In this document: positions 63,126 to 64,000 of the stretch, in pieces
Layout of the letters: each line of letters begins with the position of its first letter
Numbering within the stretch: the first letter of the stretch is position 1
NCBI GenBank assembly: GCA_017380635.1
Contig: JAFODP010000004.1
Coordinates: forward strand, 86,828-150,827
Length of the DNA: 64,000 nucleotides
Direction: 5' to 3'
From: Bacteroidales bacterium
GTDB taxonomy: Bacteria; Bacteroidota; Bacteroidia; Bacteroidales; UBA1402
Translations under genes and position numbers: made by a program
The notes under the pieces: model-generated
Databases searched by the model: none
Told to the model about the DNA's origin: nothing
Seen by the model: the letters and a program-made list of their open reading frames with translations, nothing else

Positions 63126-64000
63126 TTAGTCGATGATATCGAAACCGCAGTAAGGAACCAACACTTTAGGAACGCGGATACCTTCGGGCGTCTGGTTGTT
63201 TTCGAGCAGCGCAGCCACGATACGAGGCAAAGCCAACGCACTACCATTCAAGGTGTGACACAACTGCGTCTTACCGGTTTCAGCCGAACGATAACGACAT
63301 TTCAGACGATTGGCCTGATAGCTTTCAAAGTTAGACACAGAACTTACTTCCAACCAACGCTTTTGAGCAGCTGAATATACTTCGAAGTCGAAAGTGAGAG
63401 CCGAAGTAAAACTCATATCACCACCGCAAAGACGCAAGATACGCCAAGGTAATTCCAAAGCATCCACCAAAGTCTGCACGTAATTCACCATCTTTTCCAG
63501 ACATTCATAAGAACGATCGGGACGCTCGATGCAAACAATTTCCACCTTGTCGAACTGATGCAAACGGTTCAAACCGCGAACATCCTTACCATAAGCACCT
63601 GCTTCGCGACGGAAACAAGCCGAATAAGCCGTATTCTTTACGGGCAAATCCTTTTCGTCCAAAATAACATCGCGATAGATATTGGTAACGGGCACTTCGG
63701 CCGTAGGAATCAGATAAAGATCGTCGGCGGTAGCATGATACATTTGTCCTTCTTTATCGGGCAATTGACCGGTACCGTAACCAGAAGCAGCGTTCACCAC
63801 ATAAGGAGGTTGAATTTCCAGGAAGCCGTTGTCGCGGGCGCTGTCGAGGAAAAACGAAATAAGTGCACGCTGCAAACGAGCCATCTTACCTTTATATACA
63901 GGGAAACCTGCGCCGGTAATTTTTGCACCCAATTCGAAATCGATAAGATCGTACTTCTTGGCCAAATCCCAGTGAGGCAAAGCGTTTTCGCTCAATTCGG
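63126..64000 (-). CDS. serS: Serine--tRNA ligase (C-terminal catalytic part; the 5' end lies beyond the window)
   Basis: Class II SerRS motifs are visible in the listed translation: LIPTAEVPVTN, CFRREAGAYGKDVRGLNRLHQFDKVE and GSALALPRIVAALLENNQ. Confidence 0.9.
   Translation of the reverse strand, partial: ELSENALPHWDLAKKYDLIDFELGAKITGAGFPVYKGKMARLQRALISFFLDSARDNGFLEIQPPYVVNAASGYGTGQLPDKEGQMYHATADDLYLIPTAEVPVTNIYRDVILDEKDLPVKNTAYSACFRREAGAYGKDVRGLNRLHQFDKVEIVCIERPDRSYECLEKMVNYVQTLVDALELPWRILRLCGGDMSFTSALTFDFEVYSAAQKRWLEVSSVSNFESYQANRLKCRYRSAETGKTQLCHTLNGSALALPRIVAALLENNQTPEGIRVPKVLVPYCGFDIID

Overview
This 64 kb window looks like a Bacteroidota chromosome, of Prevotella/Bacteroides type. Three things point that way: a complete porP-porK-porL-porM-porN type IX secretion (T9SS) operon, T9SS C-terminal sorting domains on two other proteins, and TTTG-N19/20-TAnnTTTG promoter motifs. 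Most of the window is conserved housekeeping or carbohydrate catabolism. In order these are: a radical-SAM/UbiA pair, an M18 aminopeptidase, lpxB, parA/parB, DUF5683, an MltD-like transglycosylase, RelA/SpoT, alaS, an M23 peptidase, MerR, two esterases, two GH28 genes, uxaA/uxaB, the T9SS core, an NDP-sugar transferase, lptB, PL11 and PL10 pectin lyases, a PorZ-like protein, nadA, korAB, pckA and serS. The one clearly accessory segment is a visibly AT-richer block of about 10.3 kb on the minus strand (28.4-38.8 kb), wedged between uxaB and porP. It encodes a 984-aa protein with an SpvB/TcB-like N-terminal motif, a 384-aa secreted protein with a T9SS-CTD-like tail, and a 1103-aa Rhs/YD-repeat protein carrying an unassigned 215-aa C-terminal toxin module. 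Four small putative immunity genes follow. All three large proteins have Sec signal peptides. I found no T6SS, PAAR or CDI trafficking parts. The cassette is divergent from the T9SS operon across only 90 bp. I regard this as the best candidate for an undescribed delivery system: a Tc-like BC cocoon plus Rhs toxin, possibly coupled to the T9SS. Other items worth a look are a 1780-aa internally triplicated T9SS cargo protein with highly-expressed-type codon usage, a three-module homocysteine methyltransferase/corrinoid fusion that lacks a pterin-binding module, an in-frame nadA-rdgB fusion, and two small tandem repeats. All family assignments come from reading motifs in the translations. No database search, GC calculation or structure prediction was run. 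I found no rRNA, tRNA, CRISPR array, transposase or integrase.
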